Origin: Geosiphon pyriformis uo1
Lineage: Eukaryota > Fungi > Glomeromycota
DNA: 64,000 nucleotides
Reading direction: 5' to 3'
Assembly: GCA_016748015.1 (NCBI GenBank)
Contig: JAAOMT010000283.1
Location: 66,108 to 130,107, forward strand
Part shown: piece by piece, positions 48,966-63,975 of the stretch
Layout of the letters: the number at the start of each line of letters is the position of its first letter
Numbering within the stretch: position 1 is the stretch's first letter
The notes under the pieces: model-generated
Seen by the model: the letters and a program-made list of their open reading frames with translations, nothing else
Told to the model about the DNA's origin: nothing
The model's database searches: none
Program-made: the position numbers and the translations under genes

Positions 48966-51900
48966 ACATCAAAATATATTGTATAGAAACTTAACAACTC
49001 TTAAACCAAATCATGTCATTAACAAAGACATCAGCAATTAAAAAAGAAGTTCTCCCCCCAATAGCCTCAATTCTGTTAGTCTTTTTCACAAACCTAGTAT
49101 TAATATAATATCTGAACAAGTGTTTATGTCTCTTTACTTTACACAAAAGTGGATCATAGAAAATTTTCTAAAAGAGCAAAAAAAAAACCTTACCTTAATT
49201 CAAACTATTATGTACCTTATAACCATTTAAGAGTTCAAAATCTGTCATTATTCTGTTAATCTAATTCTCATAAATATTGCCAAAAAATCTGATAAACTAA
49301 CTGCATATTTTAATACAATGCAAACTAGTCTTTAAATAATACCATCCTACTAAATTATAAGCTTTGCACATATTTTACAACATCAATTAAAGCTTTCTAT
49401 TATTTTTCAAAACATTTTTTACTACTGACCCAACAGCAAAAATAGGAGACTGAGTCAAAGAATCTTTTAATACCAAAAAGTTGTTATCACAAAGAATATT
49501 AAACTTGCTGTATGCTGATGACATCTGATTAGAAAAGATCTTAGATAAGATCTTCTGAACTGTCTTAATTAGTACAATAGGCTTAGTATTCATTAAAACA
49601 CTATTCTATTTATAAGATTTTGGAATTATTGAAACTCATATTCTTTTTCAAAAAATCAGGACTGCACCCAAAGTTAAATACAAATTCAACAGTCTCAAAA
49701 AACAAACCAGCACTTTTCTATCATAATGTTTTTAAAGTTCATTAGATATTTTTAATAATCTAGCAGTCTTATTATTTGGCAAATTATTAACAACCAAAGA
49801 CAATTCTTTTATATCAATTTTTTTTATTATACCAGAAAAAGCACTATTATTAACATAGTTCAAAAACATGTATTAACAAATTTAAAAGTCAGGCATCCTT
49901 GAGAACACCAACTGCTTTCTTGTTTACTCTTTCATGATTTTATCCATCTTAACTTTATTAGACTCAACTACTAACTCATTTTCTATTACCAAGTAATCCA
50001 AAACAATCTTGCAAAATAAATGTTTTAAAATGTTTTTTATCATCTATTCTTTATTAAAACAGAAATTTTTTATATAACAATTAATTATTTTTCTAATAGC
50101 TGTATTTTCAGATGCTTAAGACTTATAATACTTAGACTTCCGATACTTTTTTTTTATCATTGACAAATGTTTAATCAAATTCATTGAACTTATACTATTT
50201 AGAACTATGTTAGCAATTTTAGATGCCTTAACTTTATCAATAGCCAACCAAAACCCAATAAGATGGTCAAAATTCAGGAGATCTTTAGAATTTTAAACTT
50301 TTACAATATTTGCAATGAGCAACTCCAATTTAAAAATTTTGAAGAATGTTTGTTTTTTAAATAATCATATTTACTATTGTTACTCATAGAATATAGGAAG
50401 TATATTAGCATATAAATTACCCAATCAGAAATAGACACAGTAAATATAGAATTCCAAGATTCCTCTCAAAGGAATTGCAAGATTCCAGAAATTTCAGGAT
50501 TCTCATACAAAGAATCACAGGATTCCAGAATTTTAGAATTTCTCTCAAAAGAAATTGCAGGATTCCTAGAATTCTAGGATTTCTGGTATAAGAAATCAAG
50601 GAATTGAGGAATCTCAATTAGGTATATATAGTAGTAGTATTAGAAGTAGAAAAGACAGACCTCTTAGTTTAGATTTAATCTAAGCAACTTTTCCATTCAC
50701 CAATAAATAATTATTCATTATCTCAATTCACTCTCCATTATCAACACTTTATATTGATAGTAATTGATACTTAACCACACTGGAACAATAGCTCTTGATC
50801 ATGGCTATTGACAGAATACTAACTATTATTGCCTTGGCTTATTTTTTTATTTTTTATTTCTTTTATTTTTATTTTTTTTCTTTGTTGTTATTTATTAATT
50901 GATTAAAGAATTAAGCACTAAGATAAAAACGTCATAGGAACTGGTAAAAAACCTGTGAAACAAGGGTAGAACACTCATAGATTTGAGGATAACTTACTAG
51001 AAGGATTACCAGCCATTATGCTGAGAAAAAAATTTGACAGAATTGTGATTCTGGAAGACTACTGAAAACAACTATTGAATCTCTGTCCATTATACAAAGA
51101 ACTCAACTAAAACCTTCAGATCTATAAACATCTTCAAATACCAATGCTAAAAGATCAATTAAGCACCAAATTATGAGTTTGTTATTTAATTTGAGACTCT
51201 AAATAATTATCTGTAACATTTGGTGCTCCCTGTGAGGTATAATTCTATAGAGAACCAGCACCAACAACAATCATCCAAAAGTGGCAGAATCAGAAATTAT
51301 AGAAGCAAACCATTTAGGATTTGCCAAATTTTTGTTTCAATAGTACAGCCAACAATTAGAATTAAACAATAATCATTTTCCAGCAGAATTAGTTTTTAAC
51401 TTCTATATCAATGATAAAATCATGGATTGCTTAGGAAAAATGGTTAACATTGAATTCGCAAAAAAAAATTTCTATACAGAATTATTTTAACACACCAGCT
51501 TACCAAAAAATTACAGTTTCACACTAATTATTAGGGAAATTAATTAAATCATTAAAAGGTACACTCAACAACAATTTCCCATTACCTATGCAGACAAAGG
51601 CAAAGAAAGATTGCAAACACCAGCAGTAACACCCAAAAAGATACAACCACCTATTTAGAAGAAAATCAGAATTGAATTACCAACCAATCCATCATACTAT
51701 TATACACCAGGAAGTGCCATCAATATTACCTCAGCAGACGTGTTCACATCAAATGCAATATCAACTTTTGGACAAATTCCATTTCAAAATAAACAAAAAA
51801 AAGCAGAGTTATTAGAACCATATGGCAAATATTGTGAAGGATTTAAATTGTGATCACCAACATCATCAGAATTTCGATTACTGCCACCTCAACCAGATTT

Positions 51901-53169
51901 TGGAACCGCAAATTCATGGGAAGTAACTGAATTGGAAGAAAAAAAAAGTAAGGATCAAAAATTTACTTACCAAAACCTGATCTTAGAAAATCTGGAAGTT
52001 AAAACTCCGAACATTCAAACCCAGCAACCTCAAAACAATCCAAACTCCAAAACAATTAATCAGCAAAACTTACCTTTAGTAATTGTCATTAATCAGCCAC
52101 CAGTTGAACCAATTCAATAGCTGCTATTTCAGCAACTTATTCAACAACCACTACAATTACTACAACAACCACAACAACTACTTTAACAGCTGTAACAACA
52201 ACTTCAACCACCACCAGCACAACAACAACTAATCGCACCAATTGCATATGCTGTTACTCATAGAAAAAAACAGATATAAGAAAATAGTAGACCAATAGAA
52301 GAATAGTATATAGCACATAAGCATATTGCTTAGCAATGTAGAGCAATGATAGAAATCATAACACATTGCTTAGCAATGTGGAGCAATGTCAGAAAACATG
52401 GCACATTGCTTAGCAATATGGAGTTATATTAGAAAATGAGAGCACATGACTCAGCAATGTAAGCATTGCTCAAGAAATTATAGCACATCACTCGAGAATG
52501 TGAGCGATCTCATAAAACATCAATTATGTATATATAGTGGTAGCATTAGAGGTAAAAAGAGCAGAATCCATCAGTAGAAACCTTCCATATTATGAATATC
52601 AATAAATAATTATTTACTATCTCAATCCACTTATTACTATCAACATGAAGTGTTGATAGTAATTGATACTTAACCCCACTGGAACAATAGCTTTTGATCA
52701 CAGCTATTGACGGAATACTAACTTGTACATTGCCTTGGCCCATTTCTTTATTTTTTTTTCTTTTATTTTTTTTTCTTTCTTTGATTTTATTTGTTGTATA
52801 CTAATTAATTGAGGATTAAAGTGCTGAGATACAGACATTATAGTGACTGGTAAAAGACCAAGAAATAAGAGTAGAACACTTATAGATTTGAGAATAGCTT
52901 ATCAGGAGGATTACCGGCCACCATGCTGAGAAAAAAATTCAACAGAATTGTGATTCTGGAAGACTACTGAAAACAACTATTAAATCTCTGTTCATTATAC
53001 AAAGAACTCCACAACCCAAAACCTTCAGATATCTACACCTGAGTACCAACTAAGCACCAAGTTATGGATTTGTTATTTGATTTAAGATCCCAAATAATCA
53101 TTTGTAACATTTGGTGCTTCCTGTGAGGTATAATCCTACAGAGAACCAGCACTAACAAATAAATTAACA

Positions 53170-56100
53170 GTGGCAAAATCAGAAAGTATAGAAGCAAACC
53201 ATTTAAGATTCACAAAATCCTTATTTCAACACTACTGTCAACACTTGGGATTGAACCACAATCAGATATTAGCAGAATCAGTCTTCAATTTTTACATCAA
53301 TGAAAGAATTATCTATTTATTAGGAACACCAGTAAACACTGAATCAGTGAGAGAAACTTTTTACCACAAATTAATCCAAAACATCAGCTTACCAACAAAT
53401 TATAATTTTGCATCCATCATCACTAAGATTAATAAAGAAATTGAACATCACACATAACAAAGATACCCAATTACTTATGCCAGTAAAGGCAAAGGAAAAT
53501 TACAAACACCAGCAGTAACACCTCAATGGATCCAACCACCCATTTGGAAGAAACACAGAATTGAATTACCAACAAATCCATCATACCACTATACACCTGG
53601 AAGCATCATCAACATCATATCAACAGGTGCATCCACATCAAATATAACATCCACATTTAGATGCTTTCTATTTCAGAGTAAACAGAGAAAAGAAGATCTT
53701 TTAGGACCATACAGTGCATATTTCAAAGGATTTAAATCATGATCGCCAATGCTATCAGGACTTTGATCTCCACTACTGCAACCAGATTTCAGAACCACAA
53801 GTTTCTGGGAAGTAACAAATTCGGAAGAAGAACAAGAAGAAGAGGAAGAAGAATCTGAAAATCAAGAATTTACTTATCAGAATCCAATCCCAGAAAACCC
53901 AAATATTGAAACCCTGAATTTTCAAACTCAGCAAAATCCAAATTTGGAAAATCCAGAAATTGAGACTCTGAATTTTCAAACGCAGCACAATCAGAATAAT
54001 CACAACCCCAACATCAATAATCAACAACACTTACCTCCAGTAATCATGATTAATCTAGCTCTACCAATCAATGAACAGCAACAGCAGTTACTTCAACCAC
54101 CTCAACAACTACAGCAGCTGCTTCAACAGCCGCAACAACAACTGCAACAACCAAATGTTGATCCAATGGTCTATACTCTGATAGCAAAACTTGAGAAATT
54201 CACCAGTGAAGAAGATGACGCCTAAGTGTGGCTAAACAATGTGGAGAAAGCCATTATAGCCAATGGCTGGAATGATGCCAGAGCCATGTAGGCTATTCCT
54301 TACTTTCTTTAAGATACTGCCAATTCATGGTATTAAAGCTTGGCTAACAAACCCCAAGATTTTGCTGCATTCAAGCTTGCATTTCTACAATACTTCAGCA
54401 ACAATAATAGTATTAATCAGCTAGTAAATACTTTCACCACTATCAAACAAGGGGAAAATGAAACAGTTATTACTTACCTAGAATGCTTCCATAGAAATCT
54501 GCGCCAAATTCAAACAATTCAGGCTGACTATTTTACAGTGCCACAAATCCTAAACCAATTTATTAGAGGTCTGTGCAGTAGTATCCTCCAATGTGTATGT
54601 CCAATGCATCCAGCAGATCTTCAAGCTGCAGTTACTAATGCCAGAGATTTTGAATTGGTAGAACTTAAAGCAAATCATGCCCAAGCCATTAATCTAGTAA
54701 TGAATGGATTATCTGAATTAGATTCCAAATTGAAACAATTCAGTGATTCAATTAATCAAAAATTGGAAAGATACTTAGCTAACAATTGCACAATTTATCA
54801 ACCACCACAATGATGCAATAATTCAGGAAACATGAATTGTTTCCAAAATCAGTCACATCCATCATCATCTCCAAATTAGCCATAGTAACAAGAGACACAT
54901 GTTTGCCATAACTGTGGTAAACAAGGCCATATTAGAGCCAACTGCTGATTTTATAATAATAACTAATGATCAAGAAATCAATATCAAAACCCCAATTGCT
55001 GGTTCCCAATTCCGAGTTATCAATCCAACCCAACACCATATCAACCAACTTACTTGCCAATAACACAACAGCCAATATATCAACCACCCATATATCAACC
55101 TCTAGTTTATCAACTGCAGCTACTGATAATATATCAATTATTACAGCCACAAATAATTTATCAAACACCCACAATTCAAACACCACCATCAAACCCAGCT
55201 CAAATAACATCAAAAAACCTTAGATCAAGAGTCACCCAAAACTGAAGATCAGCAATGGTTGTTCACCAACCAATTCTCAGTTCATTTAACCAGCCATCAG
55301 AATCACAACAGCGGAGTTCAGGAACCGGGTATACTCAAAACTCGAGTTCCTAAAACTATTTAAGTCTTCTGGTTACCACAGAAAACATCTTACTTAACAC
55401 TCGGAAACCCAAACAGAAGCAATCACTTACCAATATTCCACCAGCTACTGTCATAGAAGATGAGTCTCTAGCAGCTATATTTCTTTTCAAAATCGAGGAA
55501 CTGACAGAAACCCCTTTGTTTAGTGGAGCTGTACTCAAGAAAAAACCTATCACAGTAATGTACACAGATGCCAAAATTGATGGTCAGTCTATCAAACTGA
55601 TCCTAGATAGTGGATCAGCTGGCAGCATTATCACAAGACAGCTCATGGACCAATTAAGTCACTAAGTTGATCAAGCTGCCAGTACAAGGATAATTACCAC
55701 TGATGAAGCCACCAAAACTCCAATTGGTAAAATAGATAACTTGCCCATAGAAATCAATGGTATCACTGTACCAATCAAGGTATTAGTTATGGAAGCCACT
55801 CAATACCAAGCACTAGTGAGTAATGACTGGCTGTCCAAAATCAACACAACACTCGACTAGAACACCCAAGAGCTCCAGCTTAGCCAGAATGGACAACACA
55901 CATGTGTACCAGCCATGTGTGGCCACTTCAAACCCATCATCATGCCATCAGCACCACTCATTGAGTTCAAAGAAAAAAAAGAGAAACCTACATGGGAAGC
56001 GTACCAAGTCTTTTAGGCCGATGAAGACCACAACAAGTTACCACCAATACTCTCCTAAGATGATGACAACAAAAGAAAACAGAAGAAAAAACTTACCTGA

Positions 56101-59100
56101 AATAACAACCAAGCCTGGGAGATGAAGAATGACCAAAAAGAATCAGCAAACTGGAAGTGGGAAGAAACTGATAAGAGAAAGAGAAAAGAAAAGGAAGAAG
56201 AAACCACCTTCACCAACAGTAATTATAGTTCATATGCTTACGTTTCATCACAACTATCACATTATCACTGATCAAAATTGGTATGCATTGATTGCAGCAA
56301 AAAATTGTCATTAATGGATGCATGCTGTGACAACGACGAGGAATACTCCACGGCAACAAAATTCTATTGCCACCCATACATCATAGAACACTTTGGACGA
56401 CTGAAACAATAAGGAAAATGAGACAACCAATTATGTCTTGTATGTGGAACTATTTTGCCTGACAAAGGAATGTGGAATGACATTTCTGGACATGGAGGAA
56501 CGTGCAACAAGATGTGTCAGTATACGATTCTAATCAATAACTGGGTAAGCAAAAGAACACCAATCGACGATGCCTGAAAAAGAGCATTGCAATGATTGAA
56601 AGGATATCTCCACAACGAACATAAACTCTGGAGAATGACATATGCAAAAGCAGAAGGCACGACCATTAGTGAACTACTAAAAATCAAAAACAACCTTCTA
56701 TCTCTTCCTGAACCCGAATACATTTAAACCTTTGATGTATTTGGCAACATTGAGAATGACCCAGAGGAATTCTATGAACATTACCAGCAATTAACACCTA
56801 CTAGAAAAAAGCAGGAACAATGCTTAGAAGAACTAAACACCCAATTATGTAATCACTGTTTGATCCCATATGACTTCTAGTATTGTAATAAGTGTGACCT
56901 TATTTACAATCCACCACTACACATGATCTATACAATTTCAAAAGAAAAAGAACCAATAAGCAACTGCACATTAGAATTGGAATCAACTTTCAATTCCGAT
57001 TCAAACTCTGACAACAATGATGACAAAAACACCAGTTCTAGCTTAGCTCAAAACGACAACAAAAATAACAACAATTTGAACCCTAATTCAAACTCCAAAA
57101 CATATATCACCCTTTCTAATCTTACTAAGAAACAAGAACTGAAATGGTTCAGCAATAATAATGAAGATATTATGCCTGAACACGTGCATGATACTGATGC
57201 AGGATTTGATCTAAGATATCTGAGGAAAGAGTCCATCAAATTAGAACTTCATTTGTGCACTTGTATCAATCTGAAAATAGCACTAGAAATTCCAGCAACA
57301 ACAATGGTTCAATTAGCATCCAGGAGTAGTTTAGCAAAAAAGGGAATCAACATCAGAGGAGAAATAATTGACACAGGATACATAGAAAATATTATTGCAA
57401 TGGTACAAAATAATTCAGAAAAAGCATATATCATAGATCCAAATAAAAAGATAGCACAGGCAATATTCCTACCTTTGGTAAAAGTAGCTCAGTTAGTGGC
57501 AGTGAGAAACAGGGAAAAATTAAAGATTATTGCTAAAAGGATACAGGGATTCGGATCAATAAGTAGAATAGACATACTAGTTAATATGGCAGAGGAAAAG
57601 GTTATTGACAAAGGAGAAATTATCTCAACCCGTCAATCAATCTCCATCTCACCATATGACCAGTATATGTTAGCCATAAAAAGAGAAGTAAAGGATCAAG
57701 CTCAATTGTTCAAAGCAGAAGCCACCATTTGTGAATTAGGAGAGATTGGACTTACTAATCTCTACATATTAGCCAAAAGCCCTAAAAACATAAAAATTCC
57801 CATCTATAATGCAACTAAAAAAGTTATTGAAATACCAAAAGAAACTATTATTGGATATTTAACCACTCAAGTTGAAGATCAACCACCAAACCACATTTCA
57901 AATTTTTCACAACTTTGCAGATATGTGGACATTACATCACAGACTATATACAAATAAAGTGAATGTTATCTATTACAACCAGAACAATTGAAACAGATCA
58001 ATATGGAGAATCTAGACCCACTCCAACAAATGCAATTAAAGATGTTATTTAGCAATTTCAATGACATTTTTACAAGCAAAAATAAATTTGGCCACACCAA
58101 CATCATCCAGCATCAGATCAAAACTAGAGATGTAATGCCAATTAAACAAAGAGCATACAGAGTACCACCAGCTAGCCATGAGATCATTCGTCAAAAAATC
58201 AATTGGATGCTTGACAATGGGCTAATTCAGTCATCAATGAGTTCATGGTCATCACCAGTGGTACTAGTCTGGAAAAAGAATGGAAAAATTTGCTTTTGTG
58301 TAGATTACCAGAAATTGAATGAAGTAACCAAAGGAGACAGCTACCCAACTCCAAAGATCCAAGAACTATTCAACACCTTTGAAGAAAATAAATGGTTCTC
58401 AACACTAGATTTAGATAGTGGTTACTGACAAGTAGCCATGGACTCAGCCAACAAAAAAAAGACTGTATTCACAACAAGAGAAAGGAATTTCGAATTTGAA
58501 ATCATGCCATTTGGCTTGATGAATGCTCCAGCAATATTCCAATGACTCATAGAAATTGTCTATACTGGATTACTATGAAAATCAGTAGTCGTATACTTAG
58601 ATGACACAAATGTATTTTCTAAGACATTTGATGACCATTTACATCATCTCCAACAAGTATTTGAAAGACTCAGACGAGCAGGATTGAAACTAAATGCCAA
58701 CAAATGTTTCTTTGGCAAAATTGAGCTCAAGTTTTTGGGACATGTGATAAGCAAAAATGGTATTAAAACAGATCCAGATAAGATTGCAATAGTAAAAAAC
58801 TTTCCAGTACCAACAAACTTGCCAGAACTAAGGACATTTTTGGGATTTGCAGGCTATTATTGCTGTTTCATCAAGGACTTTTCTAAACTAGCCCAGCCAT
58901 TTTACCATCTACAAACCAAGAATGTGAAGTATAAATAGACTAAAACTTAACAAGAAGCATTTGACACATTGAGAAGAAAGCTTATTTAAGCTCCAGTATT
59001 GATGTATTCAGACTACAGCAAACCATTCATCATCACTATGGATGCATCAAGTCAAGCATTAGGAGCAGTACTATCACAAAAAAGACCAGATAGAAGAGAA

Positions 59101-59397
59101 CATTCAGTAGCTTATGCCAGTAAAAGCTTAATTCCAGCCAAAAAAAACTATAGAACACCAGCACTGAAACATTTAACAATCTATTGGGCAGTTATAAGAT
59201 GGAGAGAATACTTGAGTCAAAAGTTTGAAATATATATGGATCACAAAAAATTAACTTCAATCCAGAAATAAAAATTTGCAGACAATTACCATGCCAGATA
59301 AAAAATAGAACTTTCATCATGTAATTATACAGTACATTATAAAAAGAGAAAAGACAATGGAAATGCTGATGGATTGTCGTGAATGAGACAAATCTAA
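53170..59397 (+). pseudogene. Element 4 ORF1: Gag-PR-Cys-rich-dUTPase-RT-RNase H in a single reading frame
   Basis: ORF-track fragments at 53170, 53944, 54340, 55054, 56923, 57988, 58684 and 58999 are all in the same frame; LILDSGSAGS, YLDD, TMDASSQALGAVL. Confidence 0.93.
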
Positions 59398-59427
59398 AAA
59401 CATTTCAACCCAAAAATATAACAAAAA

Positions 59428-60810
59428 ATAAATACGCAAAAATACCAACAACTTTAACATTATATAAATACTTAATCATTCAAGGAGAAATTATCTCAAA
59501 AAGAACAAAACAACATAAAACAACAATCAAAATATTTTATCAATCATCAAAATATACTTTACCAAAAGAACAGAAAAAATCCAGATCAACCAATCAGAGT
59601 AATCACAGAACCAAAGAAAGAGACAATATTATTTAACATGCACTCAGACCCAACAGCAGAACATTTTTATAAAAAAGCAATCATGAAAAGAACCAGAAAA
59701 AGATACTATTGGCCATTAATGTATCCAGACATTATTTAATATGTTCAAAATTGTGATGCTTATTAGAAAAGAGGAGAAACAAGACCCAGTAAACCATTAA
59801 AACCAATCAAAGTAGGACAACTATTTGATCACATTGGAATTGACTTAGTTGGACCATTAACAATTACCAGCAGAGACAACAGATATATTGCAGTAGCTAT
59901 GGATTATCTCACTAAATGGCCAGAAGCAAGAGCCATTCAGAGAGCAAATGTAGAATCCATTGCCAAATTTGTTCATTAAGATTTGATCTGTCGACACAGA
60001 TGTCCAAAAGAACTACTATCAGATTAAAGAACTCACTTTGTGAACAGAACACTGGCAAAATTAAGTCAAAGATTTGGAGTTAAAAAACCATTGTCATTAC
60101 CATATCATTCACAAACCAATAGACTAGTTGAAAGATTCAATAGAACACTGTGTGAAGCAGTTGCCAAGATCAATCAAGAAAACCAGGAGGAATGAGATTT
60201 GTTTATACTATCAGTACTATTTGCTTATCAAACAATGAAGTAAAACACTACACAAACAACACTATTTGAATTATTATACAGTAGAACAGCAACACTACCA
60301 GTCAAGATAGAAGTCAACACTTATCCAACAGAACCAATAACTGAAGACAATTTTCAGGAAATGTTGCTAAGAAGAACATATGACTTGATAGAAACTCTAG
60401 AAAACAAGTGACGGAGAGCAGCTGATAACATTCAAAAGTCACAAGAGAAACAAAAAAAAAAACATGATAACCAACTACCAGACAAACCAGTTGAATTCAA
60501 GATTAGAGACAAAGTACTTCTATATCATACTAAAGCAGAAAAACAATGAAATGGAAAATTTGACCCCAAATGGAACAGATCATTTCACATTGAAGAAATT
60601 CTTAGAAATAGAGCTTATAAATTAAGATGAAACAACAGAATCTTAGCCAAAGCAGCACATAGTAATTGACTGAAACCATATCACCAGATAGCATCAGCAT
60701 CTACCAATAACATTCTACAATTGGGAGTACAAAGAATACTAGTCCAACCAGATGAGATTCTACGAGATCTGGAACCAATTATAGTTATTAAACCAAACAT
60801 GTCAAATTGA
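59428..60810 (+). pseudogene. Element 4 integrase ORF
   Basis: HSDPTA.HF...NCDA...IGIDLVGP...QTNRLVERFN...; ends LEPIIVIKPNMSN*. Confidence 0.9.
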
Positions 60811-60865
60811 ACAAACCAAAGAGTATATAAAGACACAGTATACATAACAAAAGCAACCAAGAAAA

Positions 60866-61501
60866 ATGAAAATATCAGATCATATTCACACTATAGCTCA
60901 ACAATTATTCCAGGCCTTAAGTAAACAATAGTTAAACATGGAAATTGTTATTAACAACCAAATAATTTGCTATCAAAACAACCAAAAAAAAACAAAGAAT
61001 ACACCATATCAGCAACCACCAAAAAACAATAAAAACTGGACAGATAACTTAATAAAAAAAGTGAAGAACACTTTTGGGAAAATCCCTGTTATGACACCAA
61101 CAGAAGAGCTCACAAAAGAAAATTGGAAGCAATGAACAGAACAACTTCCAATATCATATTGCTACTACTAATTAGATCAAAAGTTGAATATTCAGGAATT
61201 GTATATCAACAAATTCAAGAGAATATTCAACCAAGACATAATACAACAAATTGAAGAATTTATTGGAAAGAAAACAAATTCAACATTACATGTTAGAACA
61301 ATATACCAACTATATAACATATTTCAGAACTATTCAGAAGTATTGTTACACTCTGACATGGAAACCATAACCATCAACCAATGGGGAAGAATGAACAATA
61401 CACAAGTAGAAGATGTGAAAAACAAAGTCGAACAAACAATACTTGAAAAAAAAGTTTTAGAATTAATTCAAAACGAAAATTTCGACAAAGCTCAATATTA
61501 A
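60866..61501 (+). pseudogene. Element 4 ORF3, 212 codons
   Basis: MKISDHIHTIAQQLF...FDKAQY*; homologous to ORF3 of elements 1 and 2. Confidence 0.75.
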
Positions 61502-62995
61502 AAAAGAGGAGATAATGTTACTCATAGAAAAAAAACAGATATAAGAAAATAGTAGACCAATAGAAGAATAGTATATAGCACATGAGCACATTGCTCAGCA
61601 ATATAGAGCAATGATAGAAATCATGGCACATTGTTTAGCAATATAAAGCAATATTAAAAAACATGGCACATTGCTCAGCAATGTGGAGCAATGTTAGAAA
61701 ATGAGAGCACATTGCTTAGCAATGTGAGCATTGCTCAAGAAATTATAGCACATTGCTCGGGAATGTGAGTGATCTCATAGAACATCAATTATGTATATAT
61801 AGTGATAGTGTTAGAAGTAGAAAGAGCAGAATCCATTAGTAAAAACCTTTTACATTATGAATATCAATAAATAATTATTCACTATTTCAATCCACTCATT
61901 ACTATTAACACTTTATGTTAATAGTAATTGATACTTAACCTCACTGGAACAATAGCTATTGATTATGGCTATTGATGGAATATTAACTTGTGCATTGTCT
62001 TGGCCCATTTCTTTATTTTCTTTTATTTTATTTTCTTTTATTTTCTTTTCTTTTTTTGATTTTATTTGTTGTATACTAATTGATTGAGGATTAAAGCACT
62101 AAAATACAGATGTTATAGTTACTGGTAAAAAATCCAGAAATAAGAGTAAAACACTCATAGATTTGAGGATAACTTACCAGGAGGATTACCGGCCACCACA
62201 CTGAGAAAAAAATTTGATGGAATTGCAATTCTAGGAGGCTACTGAAAACAACTATTAAATTTCTGTTTATTATACAAAGAACTTCACAACCCAAAACCTT
62301 CAGATATCTACATCCGAGTATCAACTAAGTACCAAGTTACGGATTTGTTATTTGACTTGAGACCCCAAATAATCATCTATAACAAAACATCCATTACAAA
62401 GCTAAAAAAATTTTCTAGTGAAGAAGACAATGTCCAAACATGGATCAATGATATTGTCAAAGCCATTATCGCCAATAACTGGAATAATACCAGAGCCCTT
62501 CAAGCAATTCCCTATTTTTTTCAGGATGCTACCAATTCATGATATCATAGTCTAGCTCAGAAACCCCAAACATTTGATGTATTTAAATTGGAATTTTTAA
62601 GATATTTTAGTAACAGCAACAGCATTAATCACTTGGTCAACACCTTCACTATTATCAAACAGGGAGATACTGAAGCAGTCACCACTTACTTAAGATGTTT
62701 CCATCAAAATCTGTGCCAAATACAAGCCATCAATGCCAATTACTGCAGATTACACAGTAGCATTCTGCAATGCATACATCTAATACATTCAGCAGACCTT
62801 CAAGCTGCAATTACACATGCCAAAGATTTTGAAACAGCTAAACTCAAAGCCAACCATGCTCAAGCCATCAATCTAGTGATAAATAGATTATCTGAATTAG
62901 ATTCCAAATTGAAACAATTCAGTGATTCAATTAATCAAAAATTGGAAAGATACTTAACTAACAATTGCACAATTTATTAACCACCACAATGACGC

Positions 62996-63975
62996 TGTTA
63001 CCAGACAAAATTAGAGATATTATTTAGCATGAAATTATCTTATAATTCCTATCATTAATTAGCATATATTATTGTTTTAAATGATTACTTATTATATTAG
63101 CAAAAATGTCTGAAATTATCATTTAATTAATAACCCAAATTGTACACAACACCAATGTAACCTAATTGCAATGATCAATCATGCAATACCCCGAACTATA
63201 TAACATTCAAAAAGTTTGCCGAAATTTGTAAAAATTCGCCGAAATAATTGATAGTTCACCGAAATATCTAATAGTTTGCCGAAATAACTTATAGTTTGCC
63301 GAAATGTATCTTTAGTTCAGCGAAATTGTAGAAAATAGCAAAGTTCGAGTTCATAGAATAGTGTTACGACAAGTTGTATAAAAAAAGAGCTTCTCTCTTC
63401 GAGAAAATGTATCTTACTTTAGATTTATCTCTTAAAACCGTTCTTATACACACAAAAAGAAATAAATATCAAATAATTCGAAAAACCAAATTCTTTAATT
63501 ATTGTATTTGGAAAATCTCCAAAACTCAACTAACATTTTGAAATTGATTAGCTACCAATTTCAGTAAACTGTTAGTGACTCCAGGCCTGAATAGAAAATG
63601 TTTCCCTTGATAAGATCTTATTTCTTTTACACTTCTTTTATTTTTCTTTCTTTTCTTATTACAATCATTAGGGTAGTCTACAGACGAGATCCCTGTAGAA
63701 GAGTTGACTTTCACAGCAAAGTAACTACACATTTTTAGTGAGCTTCCAGATGAGCAATTCCTGGGAAAGAGTTGACATTTACTACAACGTAACTACATAA
63801 AGCAACTGGCACAGAATTGGCCATTCCACTCATAAGCCCAGCAAGTTTAAATTATAGGAGATAATTTAAAGATAAATTCAGTTACTGGAGGTTCAACTAC
63901 ATCCAGAAAACATGAATTCACAGCAAATAAGTATCAACAACATTACAGAAAAGAGACCAAAAACCTCCGGTAACA
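62996..63975 (+). mobile_element. Solo LTR, family B; TSD ACGC/ACAC
   Basis: Reverse-orientation homologue of 47998-48965; host gag resumes (AATAATTCAGGAAACATGAAT, cf. 54817). Confidence 0.95.

Larger units (their letters stand above)
23748..50377 (-). mobile_element. LINE (non-LTR) ORF2 with RT and RNase H-like C-terminus, split into pieces 23748-25843, 47678-47997 and 48966-50377
   Basis: NTKPIVLIKTVQKILSKI...TQSPIFAVGSVV (RT) at 49387-49593; LYLDSQ (RNase H-like) at ~24960; CLLCG...C near 24420; poly(A) tail at 23748. Sequence rejoins across both LTR insertions at their ACAT TSDs. Confidence 0.85.
52252..62384 (+). mobile_element. Full-length Ty3/Gypsy-type LTR element, family A (variant U3), element 4, nested in the gag of element 3
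   Basis: LTRs 52252-53109 and 61516-62384; PBS at 53112; PPT AAAAAGAGGAGATAA. TSD is degenerate (ATGC / AAAC), but host gag resumes (AYA|..ITKLKKFSSEED). Confidence 0.95.
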
